Assembly (NCBI RefSeq): GCF_036321535.1
Contig: NC_087437.1
Span: 25,794,001-25,858,000 of the forward strand
Source of the DNA: Camelus dromedarius
Taxonomy: Eukaryota
Length of the DNA stretch: 64,000 nucleotides
Direction of reading: 5' to 3'
This document shows positions 23,046 through 36,490 of this stretch, piece after piece. A program made the translations under genes and the position numbers. Within the stretch, counting starts at the first letter, position 1, and each line of letters begins with the position of its first letter. The notes beneath the pieces are model-generated. The model did not search any database, was not told the DNA's origin, and saw only the letters and a list, made by a program, of their open reading frames with translations.

Positions 23046-26000
23046 AGACCTGATTCTTTACGGTCCTTATTGCCTCATAACTAACCCTGCCAGTTTGAAC
23101 AGTGTTCCTCCAAATCATGGTAGCTTGACCTTCTAAAACTGGTCTGTACAAGGGCAGTTGCTTAACTTAATTGACTGGCTTCAGCTGAGCAAGCAAAAAG
23201 ATGATCATGCAAAGGAGAGAGAATCATTAGTCGTGTGAGCAATTCTGCCCCCTATTCCCCTCAAGTCTGCACAGTGAGCATGTGTCCTAAGATGACTAGG
23301 TCCAGAAGATGTGAATCTGACATCCTCCTTGTTGGGCTCGGTTCCCAAACAGGGTCAACACAGCATTTAAAGATTCATGTTTTTCATGTAATGTGGCTCC
23401 CATTTCCCCTGTGGTTCACTTGAACTCCATCTGTTTTCATCTTACTTCCAACACTGAACACACTGTACCTTACAGTGACAGCCTGGTTTGCACGGACACT
23501 GCTTGCGGTTATTTTATTTTGACAAAGAACAAGAAGCAGGTGGAGAAGTGTTAAGTTTTTTGAGGGGGAAGGTATACTTACCTGCTCGAACCTTGGCCTG
23601 CTCTCTCAGGAACCCAGTTTTTATATCCTCTAAATGAATTTCCCAGAAAAACAGTTTGAGATCTGAATTACCAAAATGGTTTTTCTTGGCTCAACAAATG
23701 AGTGCTAATTTTGGAAATCTGCTTGGTGTGTTGCCATAACCATAGAGTAGATGATGCCCTGGGGAGGTTAGGAGCAACTCCGTTGTTCGCTAGACGTCAG
23801 TGGGCGTGGAGCCTGGCAGAGTTAAGGCTGCCTCTGTGCAGCTCGCCCTGGGCCGGGAGATGGTGGAGGGGCGGGCCCTACATTTCAGTGATGGGACTTG
23901 TCAAAGTGATGCCTTGTCTCACCCCGTTGCTGCCTGTTTAGGAATGTGAAAACCAGATCACAGAACTCACTTTCTCTTCCCTTTGCCAGAGAATGCTTTT
24001 TGTTCTTCTTGCAGATAATCCATCTCTGGAGACATTTTTCCATACATTTTTCTTCGAGTTGGAAAGGCCTGAGAAGGCAGTTACATTTCATTTTTTGTTT
24101 GTTTCAAGTGAATGTAAAATTGTGGCCCAAATCTTTTAAGCTGAAGTAGACGGCCCTGAATATTTGGGCTACCATCACTACCTGACCAAGAGCCCTGTGG
24201 GCCTGTGAGAACTGTGTGAGTTCAAAGCCCTGCTATTGGGCTCAGGATAACCTTGGTGGCCTCCAGGAGCGAGTGGCTCTGTGGTGTGCTGGCCACAGGA
24301 CACCTAGGACGGCACAGGTGATGACAGGGAGAATGAGACCACAGGGTAGTTAAGCGGCTTTGTGGGTGCAGGAGTCGAGAATTTGTCTCACCAGCTCCTA
24401 GCAAGCAGGTGCCATGAGATCACCAAGGCGGTATTTAGATGCCCCTGAATCTTAGGGCCTTGAGAACTTAGAACAGCCTAGCCTTTTACTGATATGTGAA
24501 GTTTCTGCTAAAGGATGGCCTAACATGAATCAAACTTAACGTGAATTTGAGCCACGAAGGTAGCATGTCTAATGCCTTTCTCTACACACCATTTGGATAA
24601 GACAAGACAGAGGAAACATGCTTACTAGTTTACCACTTTGAATGGATACTCAAACGTGGCTTCTGAAAAACAAAATTAGTAATATTTTCTGTAAAAGAAG
24701 ATCCTGTTTAGCACAGCGTAATTTAGAACTAAAATGCTTAGCTTGGTAACTTTTAATTGGTAATATGTGCATTGGGAAACATAAATGCATTTCTTAATGG
24801 AATAATATTTCTGAGAGTGCCTAGCAACATGTTTGGGAAAAAGCAGGCTCCTAGTTAATATTCATTTCTTTATGTTTTCTCCATCGAGAGGGCCTGTTTT
24901 ATCCAGATAGCAAAGAATTTGGCTTGTGCATAGTAAGAAGCAAAATCTCATTAGTCTCTTTAAAATCAGCCATTTAGTCCCATTTTTGCTTTCTATTAAA
25001 TAGACTGATTAAAAGCTGTTTTTGTTATATCGTGCTGTGTAAAGTAGGCCTAAAGCAAAGATAAAGAATTCTCTAGTATTGCTTTAAACTGCCATGCAAA
25101 TTAATGGATCAACTTGATTGACTGCAAAGCTAGATTTACCAAATAATTTAGAAGTAAATATTTTCACTTACCCTTGTACTTGAGTCTAGATATGATCTGA
25201 GACCTGGCCTGGTCTAATCCCAGAAACTAGGTCTAGAAACCCAAAATACTTTATTTCGTTTGTTTACTGCTTTAAACTTTTCTAAGGGTATTCATACCCA
25301 TTATTTCTTTTCCAGGAATGTGGCTTATTCACTAAGACCTTATCAAACCTCTTCAAAATCAGTATTTTCCAGAAGGGAAATTGAACCTTCAGTGTCCTCG
25401 TTTCTGTTGCTCTTGTGTGTTCCTGATTTGGTTGTTTGCCCTTGGCCTCTGAGACGCCCATGGCTCCAGCTCTCCATGGGATGTTGTCACTGATGCCATA
25501 CACTTTGTCCGTGTTCATTTCTTTTCACACTTCTCCATCTTTACCTAAAACCCCGAGGAGTTGCAGTTTGTGCCAGTCTTTTTTTCAGCCACTTGTTGGC
25601 CCACTCCTCAGTCGGTGGCCTGGAGCATGTAGAGGGGCCCCAGCTTCTGCTCACCGAGAACCACGAGAAGGAATGAGGGAGCGATAGCCTCATCAACGCG
25701 GCAAACGCTTGCGTGTGCAGTATCCTGTATGTCGTACAGAACAGACCGCCGTGGTTCCAGTGTGGTTGCTTGGTGTCTTCTTTCTCCTTTCTGGGTGTTA
25801 GTAATGCCTGTTGGGCCCCAGGCGCCCCATTTCTCAGTATGGCCATCGGTTACCACTAAGTGTTTATCAGATGATCTGTCCTCAGGTCTTACTGCTGCCG
25901 CCTATTCCGCCGCCCAACCTGGGTCCTCATCACGAAGGGGAAACGTCCTCATCAGACACGTCCCAGCCTTCAGAGGCTGCTCTGACAGCAGGCACAGAGG

Positions 26001-26299
26001 GCACAAGAAGCGACATCTCGTGGGCAGAAGTCTGGTTGAGAAGCGCATCCTGGGGAGCAGAGGGAGCCCGGGGAGGGAGGAGCGTGTGGATTAGGTGGAG
26101 GACGCCCCCTCCTCAGAGCTCTCCACCTGGTGGGCTGCAGACTGTATCCGTCCCACAGATATATTCTGTCTTCCTTACATGGTTGTCTTTATTTTCTCAA
26201 TTGCTAATGGTTAAGAATTGGAGAATTTCACATCAGATGCAGGTTTCCAACTCTTTTGGAAAAAATCAGATGTTTGGTGGAATGTAAGAAAAAACTGTC

Positions 26300-27130
26300 A
26301 AAGATGATGGTTACGGGTATGGGATCTGAGCAGCTGGTATAAAGGAGCTGCCATTTCGTGAGATGGAGAAGGTTGTGAGCAAAGCAGGCTCGTGGGGGCA
26401 GGGGCTAACCAGAGATGTATCAGATGTATTAAGTTTGAGGCACGTATTAAATATCCTAGTGGAAATGTGGACGAGGTAAGTAGCTACAGGAGTTGGGAGT
26501 GCAGGAGAGAGGTCGGGTGAGACATGACTGTGGGAGTGTCAGCATATAAGTGATATTTATAGCAAGAAGACAAGATGATATAACCAAGAGGGTGAATATG
26601 ATAGAAAAGAGTCCTGGAGACTGAGCCCCGAGACAGGAAAATGTGAAGGAACAGGAACAAGAGATGGAGAACAGCAAGGCAGGAGGAAACCCAGCAAAGT
26701 GAGGCGTTGCCCAAGCCAAGCAAAGAAAACGTTTCAGGAGGAGGGAGTGACCCATCTGTGTTGGATGCTGCAAGAGGTCAGGTAAGAGGACAGATGAGAA
26801 GTGGCCCTGGACCTATAACGTGGAGTCACTGGTGACTGGCGAGACGCATCTGGTGGAAAGATGGGGGACAAAGCCTGATGGCAGTGGGTCCAAGAGAAGG
26901 GAGAGTTGGGGCTCTTCTGGAGCATTTTCTTTAAAAGGGAGAAGAGGAATGGGTTGGTAGCTGGTTGGGGAAGTAAGACCAAGAAAGGGCGGTGGTGGTG
27001 GTGGTTGTTTTTTAAAGGTGGGAGAAGTTACGTTGTGTTGTATGTCGATGGGAGTGATCGAGGAGAGAGGGGGCACTGATGCTGCAGAAACTGGAGGGCG
27101 ACTTCAGCAGGTGAAAGGGGTTGTGTCCTA
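26300..27130 (-). mobile_element. L2 LINE fragment
   Basis: gagctgccatttcgtgagatggagaagg...aagtttgaggcacgtattaaatatcctagtggaaatg...gtgttggatgctgcaagaggtcaggtaagagga. Confidence 0.7.
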
Positions 27131-30039
27131 GGGTACAGGCAGAGAGGCCGGCTTCCGATAAGAGCCTGGACAGCTGTGTGGGCACAGGTGCAGGTAGGTG
27201 GGGGTATTTTTTTGGTGGGTGAATGAATGGGCAAGCAGTCAGCCAGGACAGACTAAGAATGCCATGCTGCCCCCAGGGAAGTCTCCTGGTGGCCTGGCGT
27301 TGGGGCTTTCCCCGCTGCTTTGTGAAGAGAGACCAGCCTGGTGGGTGGTGGTGTTGATGAGGTCCAAGTTTCGGTTATTGAAGTCTGGGTTTCAGTCCTG
27401 CTGCTGTTCTGATTTCCAGGGCACAAATGGGAGGGTTGTATAGCTTGAAAGCAAAGAAAACTCAGGTGGGTCCCTGGTGGCCACAACTGTTCGCCGCCGG
27501 GTAACAGCTGCCTTCCGGTGATGGGACACGCGCTGGCTCCACGGCCCCCACCTCACCAGGTCCCCTCCTCCGCTGCACCAGCAGCCGGCCCCTGGGGCAC
27601 TGGGGTTTAGCCTGTGAGTGGGTGTGAGGAGGAAATTTTTGGTAAGACAGGAGAGGTGGCTCCTTGGTCGTGGGGAAAGGTTTGTGTGTGAGAGGGAGCC
27701 TGAAAAGGTCAGAGAGTGAGTGGCCGCGGCCCAGGGCACGTGAGTGGTGTCCGTGGGCCAAGTGGGGTGGGAAGCGGGGCGCCCGCAGTGCTGCGGTGCT
27801 GTTCTTGGTCCGCCCGTGCACGGGGCACACCCAGGGCTTCGTGAGAGCCACGCGGCTCCCGTGTGCCCCACCGTCGCTTTGTTCCTCCTCTGTTCTGAAC
27901 GGTTCTGGAGTCTCATCCACACGTTACCGGCTGCATTTCTAACTGCTAAACTAGTCGTGAAAGTTCTGTCTGATCTTTCGGTGACACCAGGTCACAGGGA
28001 TCATTTTAACGGCTAACATAAGCAGTATTATTGCTGGCTCGGGTTCAGACTCTGTCTTGTGATCTGGACGTCTCTTTTGAGATTCTATCAAGTTAAAATT
28101 AGAATACTTATTTTAAGAGCTGTGTGCAAGCTGAGACAAATCCCTATTAGTGGGGCAGAATGAATGGCGCTCAGTAATTTAGAGACAATTGTGATGTGTA
28201 CCCAACTTTTTTTTTTTTCCTGGCTGGTAAAATTTGGTGGATAAACCAAGCAGTGAGTCAGTGAATCTCCTGATTATCCTTGCTCTGAGTTGAGGTCGGT
28301 TGAACTTGATCTCCTGACATCAGCATTTCCCCTTCTTATTCATCGGCTATTTTGCCTGTAGTCAGGTGGTGTAAATCCTGCCTCTTGTACCTGTGTGTTG
28401 CCTTTGGTGAGGGAAAGAGAACACCAGAAAAATATCCTGGGTTACCTGCCCTTCCCAGCTTGGATTTAGGCTTAATTATTCTTTTAAGCAAGAAGTAGTT
28501 TCCCCTTTTACTTATGATCTGTGCTCTTATTTCAGTTCAGCCTGGTTATTTTGGATGTTCATAAATGACCAAAGACTAAATTGACTTAAAGGATAAGATA
28601 TGATTTTTAAAAACATTCCTCAGGGAGCATGGTTGAGACAAAAATAATTACACGAAGTTCACCTCTAGATTAATTGAAACTCCAGATAAAAATTGGAGAC
28701 CTTCTGGTCATCTTTTTTGGTGAACAAAGAGTTTTATTGTGAAAGTGAAGAGAGCAAGCCCTTCATGCTACTTTGCCGTGTAAATAAACACTGCTCCATT
28801 TGTGCCTTGAGGATGGAGAGGATGGAGTTGGGTAGTTCCGACTGAGTCACTCACAAAGCTTCACATGTGGCAGCCGGTGTTAGGCTGAATATAAGGCTGC
28901 CCCTTGTCTGGAGCCCAGGGCGGCCCGCGGTGATTTCCAGGAACATCCTGGTGTGTGGCTCCCTTTTGCAAAGCTGCTGAGTCATTGTCGCTTTCTCCCC
29001 CTACTTCTCTCTGAGCCCCGATCAGAGGGCCCTTGGGCTGGCCAGAACCTTTCACAGTCGGTCAGTGACTCCCCAGGCTGCTCTTCTCATGAAGCGCCCT
29101 TGCTCTAAAACTTGTTTTCCTCCCACCCTTTCCCATCCCTGTGGGTCTGTCTGGTGGCTGGCCCTTAGGGGAAAATAATGCCTCGACACCTAAAAAACGA
29201 CTTCCTGCTCCTTGCTGTGCAGACAGGCCTGACCGAAGCCCGACCCCGCGACATCTGAGGCCTCCGCACGATGCCTGTCAGCTCCAGCATCCTTCTTAGT
29301 CTCTCTTGTGCATCCTCTGCCCTCACACTCCCGAATCCTCGAGAGCTCTTCCCTGTCTGCCCCTCAGTACCCTGGCCCCGAGCTTTTTTTTTTTTTTTTT
29401 TCCAGGAAACCTCTTACTCCATGCATTTTGTGATTTGTTCTGGCATCTGGGTAGCTGTTGGGAGAGCTACCCAGATGCAGTCTTCAGTAACCCTGCTCAC
29501 CTCTACACCCTCCCCACTTGCCCCCCCAGGTTACTGGCACCCAAGGAATTCTTTTCCTTTGAGCATAAAGGGCAGCTCTGCCCACACTCAGGACCCTTTA
29601 AAATCTCAGTTTCTACCTCAAACAGACTTATCAAGAACTGTCTTAAAACCAAGACCGCTCCGTCTGTGAAACGACTGTCCAGTGGACAGAATTTCTCACG
29701 TTCGTGTTTTAGGTGTTCATGGAGCGCAGCGCCCTTTGACACTGTCCAGCACAGCCCAGTTCTGGGTCCTCAGAAACACCGCCCGGTTCTTGCACTTGTT
29801 CTCCCCCTCCTCCCTCGACTTGGTGCAAAGAGCATCTTCAGACAGTGCTAAGTTGCTTGCTTTGTAGCTTTCTTTCCTGTTGGTTGCTTTCCGCTGCTCT
29901 GTCCCTGACTACGCTGAGGGTATTTCGAGGGCTCATTAGGCACGCTTTTTCCAACTTTGATATTGATAGGCAAGAAATTAATCCATGGAGTAAAAAATGA
30001 CACTCAGATGACATCCTTATAGTTCTGGCAGTGTCTTAC

Positions 30040-30265
30040 AGTGGCAGCCTAGCTGTGGTTAAGAACCTTAGCTGGGGAGCCAGACTCCTCGGGCAGAATC
30101 CCAGCCCCGTCACTCAGCAGCCATGTGATCCTAGACAAGTTAACTTCTTCCTGCCTTGGTTTCCTCACATAGTTGTGCTGGAGATTGAGATGAACCATGC
30201 AGATGTTAACCAGTGCCTGGCACACGTGAATACCCAGTATAGGTTAGCTGTCATGATGACTACTG
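30040..30265 (+). mobile_element. MIR SINE
   Basis: gtggttaagaac...ggagccagact...tgtgatcctagacaagttaactt...cagtgcctggcaca. Confidence 0.75.
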
Positions 30266-31129
30266 CTTAAGCATTTGTGAACTGTCCGGGGAGTGGGTTA
30301 GAAATGAATAGAGTTCATGCTCTATTCACGTTCTAATTTATTTTAATTACCGTTACTACCACTCATGTAATGACTGCCTATGATATTTATATTTGGCTCA
30401 GCAGATCATGGCTTGAGACTCGCTAGTCACTTAATCCAGAAGGAACAAACAAGTCCTCTTGCTCCAGGCAGGGAAGTCAGTGCAGGAGAGTGGGTGTCCG
30501 AGGAGGTGGAGGGGCACCTCCTCTTCCACGTGAGCTCTGTTCTGGTTTGAGGCTTAAGTGTACCGCCAGGATGAGGAGGTGCCCGTCATCCTGCCCGTCC
30601 CCCGCCCCTATCATCATTAGGACATTTGTTGAAGGCACTCTTCATCCCGCTCATCTTTCCCAGGCCTGGTCAGGCCCCACTCTCTGCTATGAAGCCTCTT
30701 GGGAAAACCCCCACCTGCGGTAATTGCTTTGGAATGTCCAGGGCCCTCGGTGTCAGCGCTGCCCTGCCTTGCTGCCCTGCTTGTGCTATTGTTTCGTATT
30801 TTTATGTAGATGACTCATCTCCCTTATCCAGCAGAGCCTCCTGGAGCCCAAGCACTGAGCAGAGAGAGTATAGTGCCTTACGCATAACAGCTGCTTATTT
30901 AATTGATAGCCCTATCTGTGCACACATTTGAGCATTATGATTTATCCTTTTAAGGATAAAATTGAGAGTGCTTGTGTGTGTGTGAAATATACCGCATATA
31001 TGAAATAAAGAGTAAGTCTGGGGATATTAGGTTTCCATTCCTCTTCAGAAGAAATGCACTGGGGGGTGGTTAGTTACCCTTAGGAGGAAATTTACCAGAG
31101 GCTTTCTTCTTCCCGCATAGTTTTGGGGT

Positions 31130-31345
31130 AGCAGCACGGTAGGATGGTAAGAGCTTAGGCCTAAGAGAGGGACAAAACCGTGCTGAATCCCATCTCTGCC
31201 ACTACATAGCTGTGTGCCTCTGGGCAACGCACTTAGCCTCTAGGAACCTCCATTAATGCATTAGTAAAATTTACCTGGTAGGACTGTTATTATTCCCAAA
31301 TGTTTTCCTGAAGGAATGTGGGCCCCACACATAGTAAGCTGTCAG
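31130..31345 (+). mobile_element. MIR SINE
   Basis: gaatcccatctctgccactacatagctgtgtgcctctgggcaacgcacttagcctct. Confidence 0.65.
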
Positions 31346-31884
31346 ATAATGATAGCTACCTAACAGGTCTCTGACATAAAAACCAACCAACCAACCAGCC
31401 AAGCACAAGGTTAGGAGAGAGAAAAGGTTACATGAATGGAGTTTCTGTACATCATGCTCAGATACTTTGGTTCCCTGTAGGATAAGTCCACTAAAATCTA
31501 ACATTTGAGCCCAGCACCCGAGGATCTGTCCCATTTTACCTTTCCCTGTCAAAGCTTCTTCTTTGGCTCTAACTGGAGAACATTAATCTAGCACATATAT
31601 GCTCGCCTGATACCTGCATCCTCCTGCCGAGAATTCCCTGTTAGCACCAGCTGCCCGGTTCCTATCTATTGTGCAAGTGTGAAGTCACGTCCACTCTCTT
31701 GGCCCCTCCTGCCTCACTGAACCCAGCTTTCAGTGACCTCCCTACCTCTGAATTTCTGGGGCACTCACTGTCCCATCTTCCTTTTATATTCCACTTGTAT
31801 TCACCTTTCTTATTTTGTTTTATATGTGTAGATTCCGCCCCCGCCCCCAGCCAGAACAGGACCACTCTTTAACTCTTGCTCTTT

Positions 31885-32930
31885 ATATATGTGTGTGTGT
31901 GTGTGTGTGTATAGTGAAATATAGTATGTATGAGTGTATACAAAAAGTGTTTTTGAATCTCCACCACCCAAGTTAAGAAAAGGAACACAACCAGTATCTA
32001 GAAGCCCCTTTTTGTCCCTTTCCTGTCACAGCTTCCCCTCTCCTTCCAAGATAACCAGTATCATGAAATTGGTACTGATTAGTTTTCTACCCTTTAAATA
32101 GTACTTTTGTTTGTTTTGTCCTTATGGAAGTGGATTTATATGTATGTATTGCTATTTGAATTTGTATTTGTATATGTTTCTTTTTTCCAGCATATTTTAA
32201 AAAATTACCTACTTACGACATGATGTGTGTAGCTATAGTTCATTTTCATTGCTATATTGTGTTCCATGGTATGAATATACCAGAAGTTGCCCTTTAAAAA
32301 AGAACAGGATGGATAACTAACCATCAAATCTCAGTGACATTCAGCAGTCTGCATGTATTTCTTGCTCATGTGTTGGTGGATAGGCCAGACAGCTCTGCTC
32401 ATCTCAGCTGAGTTTGGAGCCAGCCCACGGGTTTGATCCACATCTGTTGCCATCGTCTCATTCTGGAACCAGCAGGCTACCCAGGGCACATCCTTCTGCT
32501 GGCAGAAGTTGCAGCTTCTCAGGGAGGGTGAACAGAAAGAAGGTGCTTTTTCAGGGCACACTGTCACTTCTGCCCACATTTCATTGGCAAAAACAAATCA
32601 TATGAACACACCAGTATCAGTGAGGCAGGAACGTGTACTCCCCATGTGGAGATTGAGAAAAGAAGTGGACGCTTGCTTGCTGATCGGTAACCCAAGCTAA
32701 CCTGTGGTCATTTTGGCTGTTTCCAGTTTATGACTATTTCAAGCAGTGCTGCTGCTGCGAACATTTTGATTATGTCTCCTGTTGCACATGTGTAAGAGTT
32801 CCCTTGGGGTACGTGCCTAGGAGCTGCGCTTCCTTCTGGGTTGTAGAGAGTGAGGACTTTCCACTTTACTAGGTAATAGTGAACGGTTTTTCTGGTGGTT
32901 GTACCTGTTTCTGTGCACAGTGGATCGGTG
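31885..32930 (-). mobile_element. Old L1M fragment (with TA/TG microsatellite) interrupted by an MLT1-type MaLR LTR (~32295-32700)
   Basis: L1 text ttcattttcattgctatattgtgttccatggtatgaatatacc resumes as cattttggctgtttccagtt; insert has the MLT1 motif cacttctgcccacatttcattggcaaaaacaaatcatatg. Confidence 0.6.
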
Positions 32931-33114
32931 TTTGGTTATTGCATTGATCCATTGCTGCTTTTGGATTTTTGTGTATATGTAACATACAATTAAATAATTT
33001 TAGAAGTATGTCTAAAATGTTTTCAGTGAGCTCAGCTTCTTTTCCAGCCACTAGAAAGGTGCAGTGTCAGTGCTCAGACTCCACTAACCGTTTCAACTTG
33101 TGTTCACTTGGCAG

Positions 33115-33334
33115 ATTTGGTGCAAATGCCAAAGTTGTGCATTTCCTAGGACGATTTAAACCGTGGAATTATACTTACGATCCTAAAACAAAAAGTGTCA
33201 AAAGTGAGTCCCACGATCCCAACACGACTCACCCAGAGTTCCTCAGCCTGTGGTGGGACATCTTCACTACCAGCGTTTTACCTCTGCTTCAGCAGTTTGG
33301 CCTCGTCAAAGATACCCACTCACATGTGAATGTG
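33115..33334 (+). CDS. GYG1: GYG1 coding exon 6
   Basis: gcag|ATTTGGT...AATGTG|gtaggt; [28 protein letters not shown]...[12 protein letters not shown]. Confidence 0.97.
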
Positions 33335-35300
33335 GTAGGTTCCGTTTTTTTCTTTCAAGTAATTTAATGCTGTATTTTTAAAAACTTGGTGCACTAGCAG
33401 AAGTGGAGTATTTAGTGGTATTTTGAACAAAGATATAATTAAAACTTTGTGGAAAGAAAATAATGTCCATCTTAGAGGGGAGAAATATTACCAGCAAAGA
33501 TAAAAGCAGAAGTAGATTTTGTAGCAGATTTCATTGGACCTGAAAATGTAAGAAAGGCTTTTTAGAAGTTTTTGTATATATAAATATATATATCCATATT
33601 AGATATATAATATATCCATATTATAACTATAAAATTCATGACCCATTGTCCCAAGAAAAGATTTTAAGATGATTTCTGAAGTAGTGGTTTACAAAAAAAA
33701 AAGTCCCATTTCATGTTTTAGAAACTGAAAAAATTTAAATATACCTATTTATTTTTGCCACCTGCTTAGAAGAATGTGTTTCCAGTGAAAATTACAGTAA
33801 CATGAACATAGAACAAATACTTTTCTAGGATTATTTTGATTTGCCATGTTATACTCCTATGGTTGTATAGGATCTTCAAAAATCTCTTTGTAAGAGGAAG
33901 ATGGCATATTAACATTTACAGTTACAACCTACTTACCATCTTTTCTGACTTTAAAAGTCTTCCTCTGAGGTTTGTTCTTATGGAAGAATTGGAAGAATTT
34001 AACTTTTATGTTACATATTATGATATAAAGAATACAACTGAATGGGCGAATTGTAGTCAAGTCTAACAGATCGGTTAATTACCTGGCTATACTTATAAGA
34101 GAGTATAAGGTTATAAGAGATTCTTCTCTTTGCTATGGTATAGATTTAGCCACTTCACTTATTAGCACTTTTGCCAAAATATAAAAGGGAGAAAGGGAAA
34201 AATAACTAACACTCGTGTGCTTAACACTAATTGCTTTATGTGAATCATGAAATGATACTTACACAGTACTTCAAACATTGCCTGGGACATAGTAAATGCT
34301 TAAGAAAAGTTATCTATTCTTATTTAACCTTTGTAAGCACCCTTTCAAGTAAATATTATGGTCAGTTACACCTTTTTATATATTAAAATTAACTGAGGTT
34401 TAAAGAAGTTATGTAACTTCTCTTACGTATGTAACAGACTAGTCAGTAGCAGAATGGGACTCACATCCAGGCCTGAGAACCGTTACCCTTATGAACAGTA
34501 TTGCGAGCAGAGGACTCTGGAAGAGGCTCCTATGACTCCTGTTGCAAGTGGAGGCAGAGGCAGAGCCAACCCAAGGGAAGGATTCATGTTGCCTCAGCTG
34601 TAATACAATCCCATGCGATCTACCCAAATACCTTGGAGTTCCAGGAGATTTAAATACATACATATATACTTATGCTTACACACCTACATAGCAACAGAAA
34701 CAGATAATCAAACATTTTGTTCTACCATTTTCTCTGTTACAAGCAATACCTGAATGTATTCATTTGCCTTACTTTTTCTCTGCCAAGATTTCCAGTATCA
34801 TCACACCTGAGAGCTTGGTGAAGGATAACTGATGTTCTTTTGTGATACAATTGAAGTTAGTTGCCTACCTGTGTGTAACGAGAATCACATTTAACGTAGT
34901 GGAGGTTTGCTCCATTTCCTGCACTTTTGCTTTGTTCCTCCTGCAACCCAAGGACTGAGGGTTATGGACCAAGGGAAGGTGAAGATGGGAAATGAAAACT
35001 AATTAGAAACTAAGAAAATTGAATTAACAGAAGCTACAGGAATAGATACTTCTTGGTAATAAGCTTGACCAGGCAGATAAGATTGGCGTACAGTCTCCAA
35101 CCGTTTAGCTTTCACTTTTACAGCGTGACAGCTGTGTGTGTGGTGTGGCTCTCTGCTTAGGTTTTTTCTGAAGCTTAGCCTATGAGGCATCATTTTGTTT
35201 AAGTTCTCAACCTTTCTGAGCCCACACAGATCAAGAGTTTATCGTGAGACTTGTGTTCCCTTGTCCATCCATCTTACGCTTTCTAATGAACTGTTTGCAG

Positions 35301-35351
35301 CTTTCAGACTTGGTCTATACACTGGCTTTCTCTTGTGGCTTCTGTAGAAAG
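35301..35351 (+). CDS. GYG1: GYG1 coding exon 7 (51-nt frame-neutral cassette exon)
   Basis: gcag|CTTTCA...AGAAAG|gtatgc; LSDLVYTLAFSCGFCRK. Confidence 0.93.
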
Positions 35352-35637
35352 GTATGCAGAACTTAAACATTAACCCTACCTAATTAATTTGTTCTCCCAA
35401 TGTTTTCACCGAGTCAAGAAGTCTTCATTTTGTTAGGAAAAAAAAATCATATGATCCTTGTAATTTGATGTCTTTTTGTTGTTGTTGTTCATTTTGTTTC
35501 ACGTACTACTTTTCAGTTTTTGCTGTTTTGCATGATATTTCATCCTGGCTTTTCTCACCTTCTTCAGTTTATCACATTCTTCAAAACGGTCTGACTTTCA
35601 GCTCTAAAGGAGTCTCTGGTTATTCTCTCCTTTCTAG

Positions 35638-35811
35638 GAAAGTGTCTCAGGAGCCGTGTCACAGCTGTCCCTTGGGGAGGTCCCGGCTGCCGCCCAGCCT
35701 TCTGTATCCTCAGAAGAACGGAAGGAGCGGTGGGAACAGGGCCAGGCTGATTACATGGGAGCAGATTCCTTTGACAACATCAAGAGGAAACTTGACACTT
35801 ACCTCCAGTAG
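35638..35811 (+). CDS. GYG1: GYG1 coding exon 8 (glycogen-synthase-binding C-tail, stop TAG)
   Basis: ttctag|GAAAGT...; [57 protein letters not shown]. Confidence 0.97.
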   Translation, partial: ESVSGAVSQLSLGEVPAAAQPSVSSEERKERWEQGQADYMGADSFDNIKRKLDTYLQ

Positions 35812-36490
35812 AAACACTGCCATTTTCCTGTGGACACATCCACTTCACAAGCACTTGTTTCTGATACTTAGTATCTAGAGCTGGGTTAAGAAAGGTCTGT
35901 TACAGTTGCTAGAAGCTTTCACTAAAATTCATCAGATGAGGGGTTTTTGCAGGACTGGTGAGAACTGGGCAAAAGTTGTTAAGCGGCAGTTCTGCTACAT
36001 GAACAACAGTGTTCTGCTTTTTAACCTTAGGCTTATTCAACTAATGTTTCAGAAATTCTCAGTTATGCTGATTGCCAACATTTGTGGTAAGGGAAACTCA
36101 ATCTTAAGCTGTTAAGATGGCTGTATCAATTCTTAAAATGTGCCAAGCCAGGCTCCAATCAGTCTCCCTTCAGAATGGGACGCGGCATCTGTCTCGCTTG
36201 CTTGTACCCTTCACTAGACCTGCGTTTTACAATTGCCCAGAGGCTGCAGAGCGATTGCAATAATGCTTTCAGATAAAGACAGCCTATAACAACACTGCTG
36301 AGTGATTCATGAACATATCAACAAATGGTGTTATCTATCCCATTTTATTCCTAGTCCTAATGTTCAGAGATGTTCACGAGTTTTCTACGTACAATCAGGC
36401 GGCATGCTGAAATGCTTTTGTTCAGTTCTGTATATCTGAAAACAGCAGTGTGTTCTCTGATGGTTACCTGCAGTGTCACCTTGTATGAAA

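Larger units (their letters stand above)
4955..35811 (+). other. GYG1: GYG1 gene, ATG to stop; 8 coding exons, 350 aa glycogenin-1 (GT8 glucosyltransferase)
   Basis: Exons of 7+136+175+163+127+220+51+174 = 1053 nt in one frame, all GT-AG introns; translation [15 protein letters not shown]...[12 protein letters not shown] matches glycogenin-1. Confidence 0.98.

Noticed and set aside
25260..29867. Many 60-180 aa ORFs in GYG1 intron 5
   Set aside because: Arise from GC-rich patches and L2 sequence; no recognisable protein family or splice structure
35638..35705. GC-ward amino-acid changes in the GYG1 exon 8 linker as evidence of gBGC on the protein
   Set aside because: This linker is variable among mammals; changes cannot be polarised without an alignment
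35465..35878. 137-aa ORF overlapping GYG1 exon 8
   Set aside because: Alternative frame starting within an intron; the spliced GYG1 frame explains the region
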